The notes under the pieces were generated by a model that made no database searches, was not told where the DNA came from, and worked only from the letters and a program-made list of their open reading frames with translations. Positions 16,289-28,100 of a DNA stretch of 47,802 nt are shown piece after piece. A program made the translations under genes and the position numbers. The stretch lies in the NCBI GenBank assembly GCA_040905565.1, contig JBBDRF010000027.1:1-47802 (forward strand), in the 5' to 3' direction. Origin of the DNA: Phycisphaeraceae bacterium (GTDB lineage: Bacteria; Planctomycetota; Phycisphaerae; Phycisphaerales; Zrk34). Numbering within the stretch: position 1 is the stretch's first letter; each line of letters starts with the position of its first letter.

Positions 16289-17254
16289 CTACTTTTCCCT
16301 GGAGCGCCGCTCGGCTGCCTCGCGTTCGGCGTTGTGTTTGTTGAAGGCTTCGGTGACGGCGCGAGGCCAGCGGAACCGCGGGGCCGCATCAGACTCGTAG
16401 CCCTTCAAGTGCGCCTCCTCCAGCCGATCCGCGGGCAAAGTATACCGCCAGGGCGTGCCTTTGAAGACTTCGGAAATCAGCTTCGCCAGCCGGGGATCGT
16501 AGGCTTTGAGCAGTTCACGGGTGTCGACGTGGTTGTGCAACGCGTCGTTCTTCCGATTCGTATCGAACCAGCTCTGCACGCCCTCCGCCCAGTATTCGTG
16601 GTGATTTTCAGCTGCGTACAGGCCCTCCCAAAGCCCTTCGCTCATCGCTTGTTCATAGATCGCCTTCAGGCGAGCGTCGAAGGTTTCATCAACCGTCTCC
16701 AGCCCCATCTGATGAATGGCGTGAGCGAATTCGTGAACGAGGATGGACTCGGTGATGTACGGATCGCCCGGGTAACGCAGGAGGTTTTCTTCACCGGCGC
16801 TGACGGCCGGCCGCCAGTGCGTGGCACCAAGCCCCCGTGCCCGGCGGTCCCAGTAAGCTGCGGGCTCTAGATCGCTGTGCTCGGGGATGTCGGTGGTGAA
16901 CTCATCCAGCGCCATGATCGCCAGCCGGGTCTTGTTCGCGATCATCGCTTCGCGCACGGCATCGTTGCCCGCCAGCATCTTTCGCACGACGTAAGCCGCT
17001 TCAAGCAGGGCCACGTCAGCGACGCGGTCGGAACTGACGATGGGGAAGCCCGCCACCGAAACGTGCTTGGTGTAGAACGGGTTAAGATCGAAAAACTCGA
17101 CGATATCTTTCGGCGGGGCTGTGACCTTCGCCGCCGGCTCGCCCGTCCCCCCCACCCCCTCAGCGGCAGACGTCGGCTCAACCGCGATCTGCAGAACCAC
17201 GACCAACACGCACATCAGCATCCAACGATAAGCGGGAGCAGGCGAGGTCGGCAT
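16289..17254 (-). CDS. Secreted zincin-type metallopeptidase-like protein
   Basis: Signal peptide, HEFAH (HExxH) and a downstream EYWAEG segment carrying the third-ligand Glu. Confidence 0.7.
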   Translation of the reverse strand: MPTSPAPAYRWMLMCVLVVVLQIAVEPTSAAEGVGGTGEPAAKVTAPPKDIVEFFDLNPFYTKHVSVAGFPIVSSDRVADVALLEAAYVVRKMLAGNDAVREAMIANKTRLAIMALDEFTTDIPEHSDLEPAAYWDRRARGLGATHWRPAVSAGEENLLRYPGDPYITESILVHEFAHAIHQMGLETVDETFDARLKAIYEQAMSEGLWEGLYAAENHHEYWAEGVQSWFDTNRKNDALHNHVDTRELLKAYDPRLAKLISEVFKGTPWRYTLPADRLEEAHLKGYESDAAPRFRWPRAVTEAFNKHNAEREAAERRSREK

Positions 17255-17274
17255 GACACCGTCTCCTTTGGTTT

Positions 17275-17997
17275 TTAAGCTTCGACCGCCGCGATCGCCT
17301 CATCAATCGTGAAGGCATTATCGTAGAGCGCCCGGCCGACGATGATGCCCTGCAGATCCAGCTCGCGCAGCGCGCGAAGATGTTCCAGCGTGCCGACGCC
17401 TCCCGAGGCCACGACGGGAATCTTCGTGGCGGCAGCCATGTCGCGCGTGGCGGAAACGTTCGGCCCCTCGAGCGTGCCGTCGGTGGCGATGTCGGTGTAG
17501 ACGATCGCCGCAAGGGGCCAATCGGAAACCTTCTCGGCGAGATCGATGGCGGAAACGTCCGTCGTGTTCTGCCAGCCGTCGACAGCGACCTGACCGTCGC
17601 GGGCATCGAGGCCGAGCACGAGTTTGTTGGCGAGGCGGGGATCGTGGGCGACGTGCTCAAACCACTCCCAGTTTTTCAGGGCGGCGGTGCCGAGGATCGT
17701 TCGGCGGACGCCGGCGGAAATCAGCTGGCGAATGCGCTGGTCGTGTCGCACCCCCCCACCGACTTCGACCTTGAGGGGCGTGTTCTTGCAGATGCGTTCG
17801 ATGACTTCGAGGTGGGCCGGCTCGCCGCTGCGTGCGCCTTCGAGATCAACCACGTGAAGCCAGGTCGCCCCGGCATCGGCGAAGGCCTTGGCCTGATCGA
17901 CGGGGTCGGCGTCGTAGGTGGTCTGTTTGCCGTAGTCGCCTTTGAGCAGGCGAACCACGCGGCCGCCGAGCAGGTCAATCGCAGGGAAAAGATGCAA
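17275..17997 (-). CDS. hisA: ProFAR isomerase (histidine biosynthesis)
   Basis: FPAIDLLGGRVVRL, HVVDLEGA, YTDIATDGTLEG, VASGGVG; TTG start with SD GGAG. Confidence 0.95.
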   Translation of the reverse strand: MHLFPAIDLLGGRVVRLLKGDYGKQTTYDADPVDQAKAFADAGATWLHVVDLEGARSGEPAHLEVIERICKNTPLKVEVGGGVRHDQRIRQLISAGVRRTILGTAALKNWEWFEHVAHDPRLANKLVLGLDARDGQVAVDGWQNTTDVSAIDLAEKVSDWPLAAIVYTDIATDGTLEGPNVSATRDMAAATKIPVVASGGVGTLEHLRALRELDLQGIIVGRALYDNAFTIDEAIAAVEA

Positions 17998-18171
17998 CGT
18001 GAGTCTCCGAATGCGTGAATGAGTGCCACAGCGTAACTAACGAACGAACGTTAAACAAAGCGGACCGCGGGGCCCGGCGACGCGTCGCGTCGCGGCTATT
18101 TGATTGGTCAACGATCGACGGCGCGACAAAGCCGCGCGGCTACGCCTCGCCGGGCCTGCGCCCAGTCACTT

Positions 18172-18200
18172 TTGACAGCGTCGCATGCCGGCTTCATCAT
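18172..18200 (+). promoter_or_regulatory. sigma70-like promoter
   Basis: TTGACA-N17-CATCAT, ~40 nt upstream of ATG 18243. Confidence 0.5.
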
Positions 18201-18242
18201 ATTAGGTTCTTACAGTCCACAACTTTTAGCTGGAGATTCGCC

Positions 18243-19277
<1,035 letters not shown>

Positions 19278-19341
19278 CCCCCCCACCCCCCCACCTTTTT
19301 TCCGCTTGTTTTTCAGGCGGCGGGTGGGCGGTCCGCAATCT

Positions 19342-19380
19342 CAAAGAGGCACGGTCACAAGCAGTGGCCGTGCCTCTTTG
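19342..19380. repeat. Long intergenic hairpin (REP-like or terminator-like)
   Basis: 17-bp arms CAAAGAGGCACGGTCAC / GTGGCCGTGCCTCTTTG with one G-U pair and a 5-nt loop. Confidence 0.6.
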
Positions 19381-19430
19381 CGTTGGGAGCCTAGGATGAT
19401 CCGGGGCGTTTTTGACTGATGGGGTGCTAT

Positions 19431-20714
19431 GTGGACGACGCAAGGGAATGTCGCATCGGCATGGTTTCCACCCGGTTCGCGGGGACGGACGGCGTGTCGC
19501 TGGAGTCGGCGAAATGGGCCTCGGTGCTTGAGGATCTCGGGCACGAGTGCTTCTACTTTGCGGGGGAGTCCGATCGACCGGCCGAGCGATCCCACGTGCT
19601 GCCCGAAGCGCATTTTCAGCATCCGCTGATTCAGCAGATTAACGCCGACCTGTTTGAGGGGCACTCTCGGTCGCCTGCGACTTCGGAACTGGTGCAGGAT
19701 CTTCGGCGGACGATCAAAAATGCGCTGCACGCTTTCGTGCGGGAGAAGCAACTGGAACTGCTGATCGTGGAGAACGCGCTGTCGCTGCCGATGAACGTGC
19801 CGCTGGGTTTGGCCATCACGGAACTGGTAAGCGAGACGCGCATCCCGACGATTGCCCATCATCACGATTTCGCATGGGAGCGTTCACGGTACACGGTGCA
19901 CGCCGCCAACGATTATCTGCAAGCGGCCTTTCCGCCGGCCATGGCCGAGATGGCGCACGTAGTGCTCAACTCCTATGCTGCTCACGAACTGGCGAGGCGG
20001 GCGGGGCTGGGCTCGACGCAGATTCCCAACGTCATGGATTTTGACAATCCTCCTGCTGCTCCCGACGGCTACTGCCGCGATCTGCGGAACGCACTCGGCC
20101 TTGAGCCCGACGAATACTTCCTGTTACAGCCAACACGCGTGGTGCCACGCAAGCGCATCGAACGATCGATCGAACTGGCGCGGCAGATCCGCCTGCCCTG
20201 CGCGCTGGTCATCTCGCACGCCTGTTGCGACGAAAGCCCCGACTATCAGAAGTATCTGCGTGAGTACGCCGACGTGATGGGCGTGCGGCTGATTTTTGCC
20301 GGCGACCTGTTCTCCCAAGCCCGCGGGCGCACCCCGGCAGACGCCAAAATCTACTCGCTCCACGACGCCTACTTCATGGCCGACCTGGTGACTTACCCGT
20401 CCTCCATCGAAGGGTTCGGCAACGCGTTCCTCGAAGCCATCTACTACCGCAAGCCGCTGGTGATGAGCAGCTACGACACCTTCATCGCCGACATTGAGCC
20501 AATGGGCTTCAACGTGATCGAGTTCGGCGAGTTCATCACCGACGCCACCGTGCAGCAGGTGCGTCGGGCGCTTGAGGATCCCGCCTCTTACAGCGATTCC
20601 GTCGAACGCAACTACAGGCTGGCCCGCAAGCACTTTTCGTACACCTCGCTTCGGCACGATCTTGAAGCGCTGTTTGAAATGCTGCCCAGCCGCCTGCCCC
20701 CACGCACTACCTGA
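19431..20714 (+). CDS. Glycosyltransferase family 4, mannosylglucosylglycerate synthase (MggS)-like
   Basis: GTDGVSLESAKW, IAHHHDFAWER, QPTRVVPRKRIE, YPSSIEGFGNAFLEA. The start is uncertain (ATG 19419 or GTG 19431). Confidence 0.8.
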   Translation: MDDARECRIGMVSTRFAGTDGVSLESAKWASVLEDLGHECFYFAGESDRPAERSHVLPEAHFQHPLIQQINADLFEGHSRSPATSELVQDLRRTIKNALHAFVREKQLELLIVENALSLPMNVPLGLAITELVSETRIPTIAHHHDFAWERSRYTVHAANDYLQAAFPPAMAEMAHVVLNSYAAHELARRAGLGSTQIPNVMDFDNPPAAPDGYCRDLRNALGLEPDEYFLLQPTRVVPRKRIERSIELARQIRLPCALVISHACCDESPDYQKYLREYADVMGVRLIFAGDLFSQARGRTPADAKIYSLHDAYFMADLVTYPSSIEGFGNAFLEAIYYRKPLVMSSYDTFIADIEPMGFNVIEFGEFITDATVQQVRRALEDPASYSDSVERNYRLARKHFSYTSLRHDLEALFEMLPSRLPPRTT

Positions 20715-20937
20715 CGAGGCAGTCGGTCATCTCGCGCTTGCCAGGGGACCGGTTGCGCGTTGTAAGGACGGCGGCGAGCAAAGTGTGACGCAGCCAATCA
20801 ACGCTATGCGTCGCCAGGAACGCTGCATCAAAATCCAGCGGCAGGCCCTCGAACGCCAGCAGCGCCGCCACGCACCGCTCACGCGGCATCACCTGAATCT
20901 GCTGAATCACCTGCTCCAGCGGTTGATCGTGCTGCAT
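20707..20937 (-). CDS. Small hypothetical protein (~76 aa)
   Basis: ATG 20937 preceded by GAGGG; helical sequence PLDFDAAFLATHSVDWLRHTLLAA; overlaps the GT4 stop by 8 nt. Confidence 0.55.
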   Translation of the reverse strand: MQHDQPLEQVIQQIQVMPRERCVAALLAFEGLPLDFDAAFLATHSVDWLRHTLLAAVLTTRNRSPGKREMTDCLVR

Positions 20938-21060
20938 CGTCGCGTCGCCCTCTTCAGGCAGATCAGCATCGATCGCCTGCTCAACGCATCGGCCGAACGA
21001 CTGGACGACTTTTGACGATGGCAGAGATTTTGCCGCGCGCGACGATTGCAAGGCGCCGGT

Positions 21061-22164
21061 TCACCGCTGATAGATCGGCAGGTAGTGGTACTTGACCGAC
21101 AGGCTGAGCACGGCCATCGCGGTGGCGTAGACCTTCCCGGCGTTGTGCTCGGTGCCGCCGGACGCTTCCCATGAACCATCTTCACGCTGATGTTCCAGAA
21201 GCAACGGCTCGATGTGATCGCGTGCGGACTGGGCGATTTCCCCTCCGCGCTGATACATCCCCTGCGCGTAGTAGTAGGCCCCGTAGAAGAACCAGCGGTC
21301 GCCGAAGGTCGGCGGGTTGTCCATGAGATAGTTCGAGGCCCCGACGACCTCGGGCGCTTCGTACTCGCCGCAGACGATCATCGCGAGCATGCCCATGGCC
21401 GTGGTCGAGAACCCGGGCCCGCCGCCTGGCTGATAGCCGAACCCGGAGTTCATGTTCAGCGGTCGGCCCTGGTCGTCACGCTCGTTGGAGCGATACGAAG
21501 CCCGCAGATATTCGACCGCTTCCTCGATCGCGGAGGCGGGGACATCGAGCCCGGCGTTGTAGGCCGATCGCAATGCCATCAGTTGCCAGACCGTCACCGA
21601 GAGGTCCGCATCGTTGGAATCAGGCGTGTACCGCCAGCCCCCCTGATGCGGTGCTTGATGCTTGGGCACCTTCTGCGCGCTGAGGATGAGATCAATCGCA
21701 TGCTGGCAGCGCTCGCGGATGCGGGCGTCCTGCTCATCGCTGACGCCGTGCCCGATCATTTCGCCGAGCATCAACGTAGTGATGCCGTGACCATACATGC
21801 GCGAGCCGTCGCTCTGCCCGAAGTAGCCACGCTCGTCCTGCCGATCTTCGTGAAGCACGAACGCCAGTGCCTCGGCCATCGCCCGCCCCTCGGGGGTCGG
21901 ATCGGTCGGTTGATGGCCGACCGCCGCCATGGCCATGATCGCCAGTGACGTGGTAGCGACGCGATTGCTGTCGCCCCGGTCGCTGATCCATCCCTCGTCC
22001 TGCTGCTGCGTGATGATGTAGGCGATCGCGTGCTCGACCGCACCATCGACCTGCGTGTGCCTCAGCAATGCAAGGGTTTCTTCCTCGGCAGCAATCGCCG
22101 GCGACTGCAAGATCAACGTGACCACGGCGACGCATGCGATAAGGGTGTGGCGGGGCTTACTCAT
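21061..22164 (-). CDS. Exported prenyltransferase/squalene-oxidase-repeat (alpha/alpha barrel) protein
   Basis: Signal peptide; QW-like repeats QQDEGW, GGWRY and QREDGSW; DLSVTVWQLMALRSA; C-terminal YLPIYQR; ATGA overlap with the upstream gene. Confidence 0.85.
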   Translation of the reverse strand: MSKPRHTLIACVAVVTLILQSPAIAAEEETLALLRHTQVDGAVEHAIAYIITQQQDEGWISDRGDSNRVATTSLAIMAMAAVGHQPTDPTPEGRAMAEALAFVLHEDRQDERGYFGQSDGSRMYGHGITTLMLGEMIGHGVSDEQDARIRERCQHAIDLILSAQKVPKHQAPHQGGWRYTPDSNDADLSVTVWQLMALRSAYNAGLDVPASAIEEAVEYLRASYRSNERDDQGRPLNMNSGFGYQPGGGPGFSTTAMGMLAMIVCGEYEAPEVVGASNYLMDNPPTFGDRWFFYGAYYYAQGMYQRGGEIAQSARDHIEPLLLEHQREDGSWEASGGTEHNAGKVYATAMAVLSLSVKYHYLPIYQR

Positions 22165-25100
22165 GGCGAGGCCTCCTGCTGACGTGAACGCTCAGCGATG
22201 ACGCGGAAGTAGGTCTCCACCATCTCGCGGTACTCACCTGAGATTGTTTCCCGCCGACCTTCGACCAGATCCCGGGCCAGTTGGGGCGGCAGCGCCCCCC
22301 AGTCATCATCGCCATCGCGCGACGTTTCCGGCAGTGCCTGGTAGGCCTTCGCCCGCGAGACGACGGTCCCGCCTTCCTCGGACCGCTCAGCCAGCCCCTC
22401 GCCCCGCAGACCTTGGCCCGGCCGGCCCTGCGAACGCCCTGTACGCATCGCCTGCGCCTGTGCCTGAGCCGCTGCATTCAGCGCGTCCGCTGCGGCCTGT
22501 GCACCGCTACCCGGTTCGCCAGGCTGCCCGCCCGGCTGCTGCCCCGGCTGCTGACCGCTTTGCCCCGGGGGGCCAGGTGCCGCCTCTGATGCTCCGACAC
22601 CCGAAGCCGCCTCGGCCAACTGCGATTCGCCCGCGCCTTCCCCGGCTGGGGCATCGCCCGAACTCGGACGATCGTGCATCGCCTGATCAAGGCTGTCCAG
22701 CGTTCGAGCCAGCGCCTGCGCCACGCCCGAATCGGTCAGCGGCGTGTCGGCATTCCCGCCTACCAATTCACCAAGGGCCGCATCACCCGCGGATCCGGGC
22801 GGGGAAGAAGCGGCTCCCTCACCCCCACCTTCGCCAGCAGCCCCGGCGTCGGCCATCGCCTCAGCAGATGCACCCGCCGCACCAGCTTCCGCTGCACCGG
22901 CATCGGCCGTCGCTTCTGCTGCGCCTTCATTCCCGGCGGCAGCGGCATCCCCCGAATCGCTTGCCGCCTCGCCGGTCGCTTCGCCATCCGCTAAGGCCTC
23001 CCCCTCACCTTCACCCTCATCATCGCCAGCAAGTGCCGCCTCCCCCGCCTGCGGCCCTGAAAGCAAATCGTCCGCCTGCTGCGCCAACTGCGGCAGCGCC
23101 TCGGCCGCGGCCTCAACCGATGCATGAGCCGGGGGGGCATCATCCTCAGCAAGCTGCGCCTCCCCTTGCGCGGTGCCCTCGGCGACGGCTTCGACGGACT
23201 CGGCAAGCGTGCCAAGCGACTCCGCCATCGGCGCGTTGCCCAGACGCTCCTCGTGCCGAGCCGCACGACCAAGATCACGCCCCGCCTCCGCGACCGCCTC
23301 CTGAACCTCCGCCTGTTGCTGCGTGAGATCCGCAAGCTGCCCGGGCTCCGGCGTCAACGCCTCGGCAATCGCCTGGGCCTGCTGACTGAGATCGTGAGCA
23401 GCAACGGCCGCTTCATCCGCAGCGGCGGCGGCGTTCGCCTGCGTTGCCTCCTCGGACGAAGCCTCACGCGCCACCGCTTCGGTCACGGCCTCGGCCGCAT
23501 CCGACGCAGTTTGCGATGCCTGTTCCGCGCCGTGCTGCGCCTGCGCCAGCTCCTGCTTGACCTCGCCATCCCCCTCCGTCTCCGCCGCGACATGTTCCGC
23601 AGCCTGCTCCGCGGCATTCGCTGCCCGTTGGGCCTGTCGGGCGGCCTGTTCGGCTCGATCGACCGCCTGCTGCGCCTGCGCTTCTGACTGCTCTCGAGCT
23701 TGTTTCGATTGCACCAGCGCTTCCGCCGCCTCCGCCGTCTGCTGATTCTCCGCATGCTGCTCGGCGGCCTCGGCCTGCTGTTGAGCCTGCTCAGCGAGTT
23801 CAGACGACTGCGCCGCCGCCTCCTGTGCCGCTTGCGCGTGTTCGCTCGCCTGCTGTGCCGCTGGACGCGCCGCCATCGCTGCTTGCCCGGCCGCCGTGGT
23901 GCGAGGCGATTCCGGTGCCGCGTTCGCCAACTCCTGCGCCGCGCGATCGGCAGCGCCCGCCGCCGCCCGCGCCGCTGCCGCTGCCTGCTCCGCCGACTCA
24001 GCCGCTTCCTTGCCCTTGTCGCTCGGCGATGCCTGCGCCGCCTTCGCCGCGACGCCCTGCAACTCCGCCGCTGCTTCGTTCAGCTTCTGCGCCTGCTCGC
24101 TGAACACCGGCGCGAGTTCTGGTGAGTTCGCCGCCAGGTCGGCGGGCAACTGCGCCGCCGCCTCTTCCGCCGCCTGCTGCGCCTGCGCGAGCGGCTCGTC
24201 GGCCTCCGCCATCCCCGCTTGCTGCACAGCTTCGGCAGCGGTCGGTATCTGTTTTTTGTGCAACTGCTCGGCCCCCGCCTGCAGTTGGGCCGCCTGCTCC
24301 TCCAGCGACTGCGCCTCCTGCGTCTGCTGCTGCGCGATGGGTGCCAGCGTGTCGGCGATCTGCCGTTCGTCCTGCCCCGCCTGCTCAAGCTGAGCCTGCC
24401 CCTGCTCGAGCGCGTCGCGCGCGATCGACGAGAGTTCCCGCTGCATCGGGCGGTTTTGATCAAGCTGCGCTTCGAGCCGACGCAGCAGGTCATCAGGCGA
24501 CATGGCTGCGAGTTCGGTCAACTCCGCCACCTGTTCGTACTGCTCATCAAGGCCCTCTTGTAGCCCCAGATCACGCTCGGCTTCACGCAGCGCGTTGCGT
24601 GATTCGGCAAGATCGGCCCCGCTTTCGAGGGCGTCAAAATGATCCGCCAGCTGATCCAGCGTCTCCCCAAGCTGTTGCTGCTGCTCAGCGGTTTCGCTCA
24701 AGGCTTCATCCTGGGCCGTCGGATCCGTCGACGCCATCGCCTCCTGCAGCGCGGCCTCGGCCTCAGCGGCTGAGTCCTGGATCATCGCCGTCGCGTCGTC
24801 GGCATCACGCGCCCGCTCACGTCCCTCGGGCGTAAGCGGATCCTGCACGTTCGCATCCTGCCGCAGCGCATCAAGCACGTCCGCCAACTGCTCCCGGGCC
24901 TCGGCGTGCGCCTGTTCCAGTGCCGCCACCTCGTCCTGCTGCTCCTCGAGCGGCTTCTCGGGCGTCTGCTCTGCGAGATCGTTCGCGGCCTGCTCCGCCT
25001 GGCGCGTCTGCTCGGCAGCATCACGTAGCAACTCGGCGAGCGTCGGAGATGCGGTGGTCAGCTGCCGGCGGGCCTCATCAATCTCATCCCGCAGCAGCGC

Positions 25101-28100
25101 CAGTACCTGCTGCAAATCGTCGTGCACCTGTTTCGCGGGTTCGTTCATGCGGTCAGGCTCGCGCACCTGATGCCGCCGCTGATTGAACGCTTCACGGATG
25201 GCTTGAGCGTACGGCTGATGGCGAACCTGTTGAAGCGCTTCAGCCGCCTCGCCGTTAAGCCCCGCCTGACGGATGCGATGGGAGATGGGGTCGAAGCGCG
25301 GGTCCAGCAGGTCCCACTGTTTTGGGTGCTGCGTGTGAGCGCCGGGGGTGCGAATTCCCCATTGCTCGAGCTCCGCAAGATGCAGGCTTGTCGTCGCCAT
25401 CTCCTGAACATCGTGACCGACTTCCAACGTGCGGACCGACGCAGCAAGCATGTCGCGAAGGTGTTCGGCAAGCTCGACGCCTGGCTGCTGCGTGTACACC
25501 TCGTGCAGTGCTGCCAAGGCGCGGGCGGCAAGTCCGAGGTCAGCCACGTAGCGAGAATCCGCGTCGGGCCGGGCCTCTTCAGCCGCTCCGCGAACGCGAA
25601 GCTTTTCGATCATCGCAGGCCAGTCACGGTGCAGCAGTTCCCGCAGCCGCTGCTGATGTTCCGCCTGCTGACGCGCGAGTTGGTCGGCATTGCCCGGCCG
25701 AGATTCGGGATCACTGAGCCTCGCATGATCCGCCGCCACCCGTCTCGCCTGATCGCCCAGCTGACGCATCGGCTTGTGCAGGGGTCCGATGCGTTCGGCC
25801 ATCTCACGTCGCTTATGCGTCGCATGATTGGCCAGATCGCGGGCCGCTTGCTGAGCGTGCCCATGGCCCTGCTGGAACGTCTCGCCGAGGCCGCGCGCCT
25901 GTTCATGCAAAGCTTGAAGCTCGAGCGGTTCGTCCGCTGCTTCCGCTTCATCAAGTGCCTTGTTGACCTGCTCGGCACGGTTAGTCAAAAGCTCCGCCAG
26001 CTGATCAAAACGGTGCTGCTGATAGAGGTCCGTCTCCGCACGCAGCAGTTCGGCCAGCGTCCGCGCCTGGTTCGCCGCCACCCCCAGCTGGCGCGTCAGA
26101 CGAAGCTGCTGAAGTGCTGAGTCTTTCTCGGCTGCGTGGGACAGCCTTCGCTGCTGCTCGCGGCGCAGGGTGCGCAGATCGTTCGCGGCAGCCAGGGCGA
26201 GTTCGGCTGCATAGATTTCGCTGAACCGCACGACGTTCTCGCGCGTGGTGTTGTAGGCCATGTGGAACGCGCGGCCCGCTTCGTCGAACAACGCGCGTCG
26301 CCGATTCGCATCCGTCGCTTGCGCCGCACGGTCAATCTTGAAGAGGGCATCATCCATGTGCTGATGCCGGGCCTCGGCGACGGTCGCGTGCAGCAGCGCA
26401 AGCTCGTGGGCGTCGGTGCCGCGTGCCACGCGGCGGGTGGCTTCGGCGATCCGTGCTTCGGCGCGATGGGCCTCCTGCGAAACGGCCTCGGCAGCTTCAC
26501 GCAGATTCACCATGTAACGCTGCGTCTGCGCACCGGCGGGGTCCGCCTGACGCAGGTGATCGATCGCCTGGTGCGCCGCCTCGCGATGATCCGCCGCCGT
26601 CTGCACGAACTGCTGCGCCGCATTATTCGCCTCCCGCTTCGCGTGAAGCGTGGCATGACGATCGGACGCGAAACCGCTCGACGCCACCGCGATGCGCAAC
26701 GGCTCCGACTCCGCGCGATTGCCCGCCCTGTCCTCCGCCACCAACTTCGTAACCACCTCATCCCCAGCCGAAAGCCGAAGCTCGTAAAGGTCCCACAGCC
26801 GATCAATCCGCAACTCAGCACCGGGATCGTCAGCGATGTTAACGCTCTTCCACCGCCCCCCGTTCACGCGGATCATCTGCTGCACGCTGGCGAGCGCGAA
26901 GTCGTCTTCCGCCAGCCCCCGCAGCGCCAGAATCTCGTCCGGCGGAAGAATCTGCTCCTCCAGCGGCTGCGTGATCTCCACACGAGGCAACAGATCAACC
27001 ACCGCGCTCAGTTCATATCGCGGACTGAAGCGATTCTCGAAACCCGTCTCCGCTGCGACCAAATGCACCCGGTATGTGCCCGAGCGATCAAGCGGAAGAC
27101 TGCCCGTCAGGCGATTGCCCTCGGCAGGCTGAAGTGTGATTTTCTCCGTCTCGCCCGCGATCTCCAGCTGAAGCTCGCCCGACGCGACGGGTTGATCCGT
27201 CTCGATCGTCAGCTGAACCTCCGTGCCTTGCAGCGCGGTCAGGTGGCCGTCCGTTTCGGTTCGGGTCACGGCTTCAAGCCTGGCGTACTCGGGGTACGTG
27301 AACGTCTTCTCAAACGACTCCGCATACGGGCGATGCCGAGACGTGATGGTGTAACGCGCGGTCACGGCATCGCCGGCGAGGATGCGATAGACGACCGGCT
27401 CGGAGCCGACCTGCACCGTGGTGGCGAAGCGGCGGTCGGCCTGCCGCGTCATGGCGATGCGCTCCGAGGCACGGCCGGGCGTGGCGGTTTCAAGAATCAC
27501 CCGGTCGAGCCGATCCACATCATCCGGCCCGTCCAGTTCAACAAGCACACGCACCGGATCGCCCTGCGGCACCGTCGGCGAAAGCGGTGCGGGCTCAAGA
27601 ATCTCAACCTGCACACTGGAGACGCGAGCGATGTTCGCCATCGGCAGCAGCGCCCGTGCCATGAGTTTCCCGAACGCCAGGTCGGGCGTCATCAGCAATC
27701 CGACGCACAACGCAAGCACCGCGACCGACCCGCCCAGCCACCAGACGACCAGCTTCCACGGCAGCAGCGACTGAACATTGAGCGACTGCATCCGCTGCGC
27801 CACGCTCCGCTGAAGCAGGCTGCGAAACGTCGGCGAATCGTAACGGGCGTCGGAGGTGGGCGAGCCTAGCTCAACCGCGGAGATGAGATCTTCACGCAGA
27901 TCAGGATGCACCGATTCGAGCAGCTGCGCCAGTTCACGCTCGTTGGGCAGATGCACCATCATGCGGACGCAGGTAATCCAGACGGCGATCACCGCAACGG
28001 CATAGGCCGCGGCCGAGAGCGCCAGCCGCACGCCGTCGGAGAGGATGAACAGGTAATCGGGAATGGCGATGAGCACCATCGCACCGATGAGCGAGATGAC

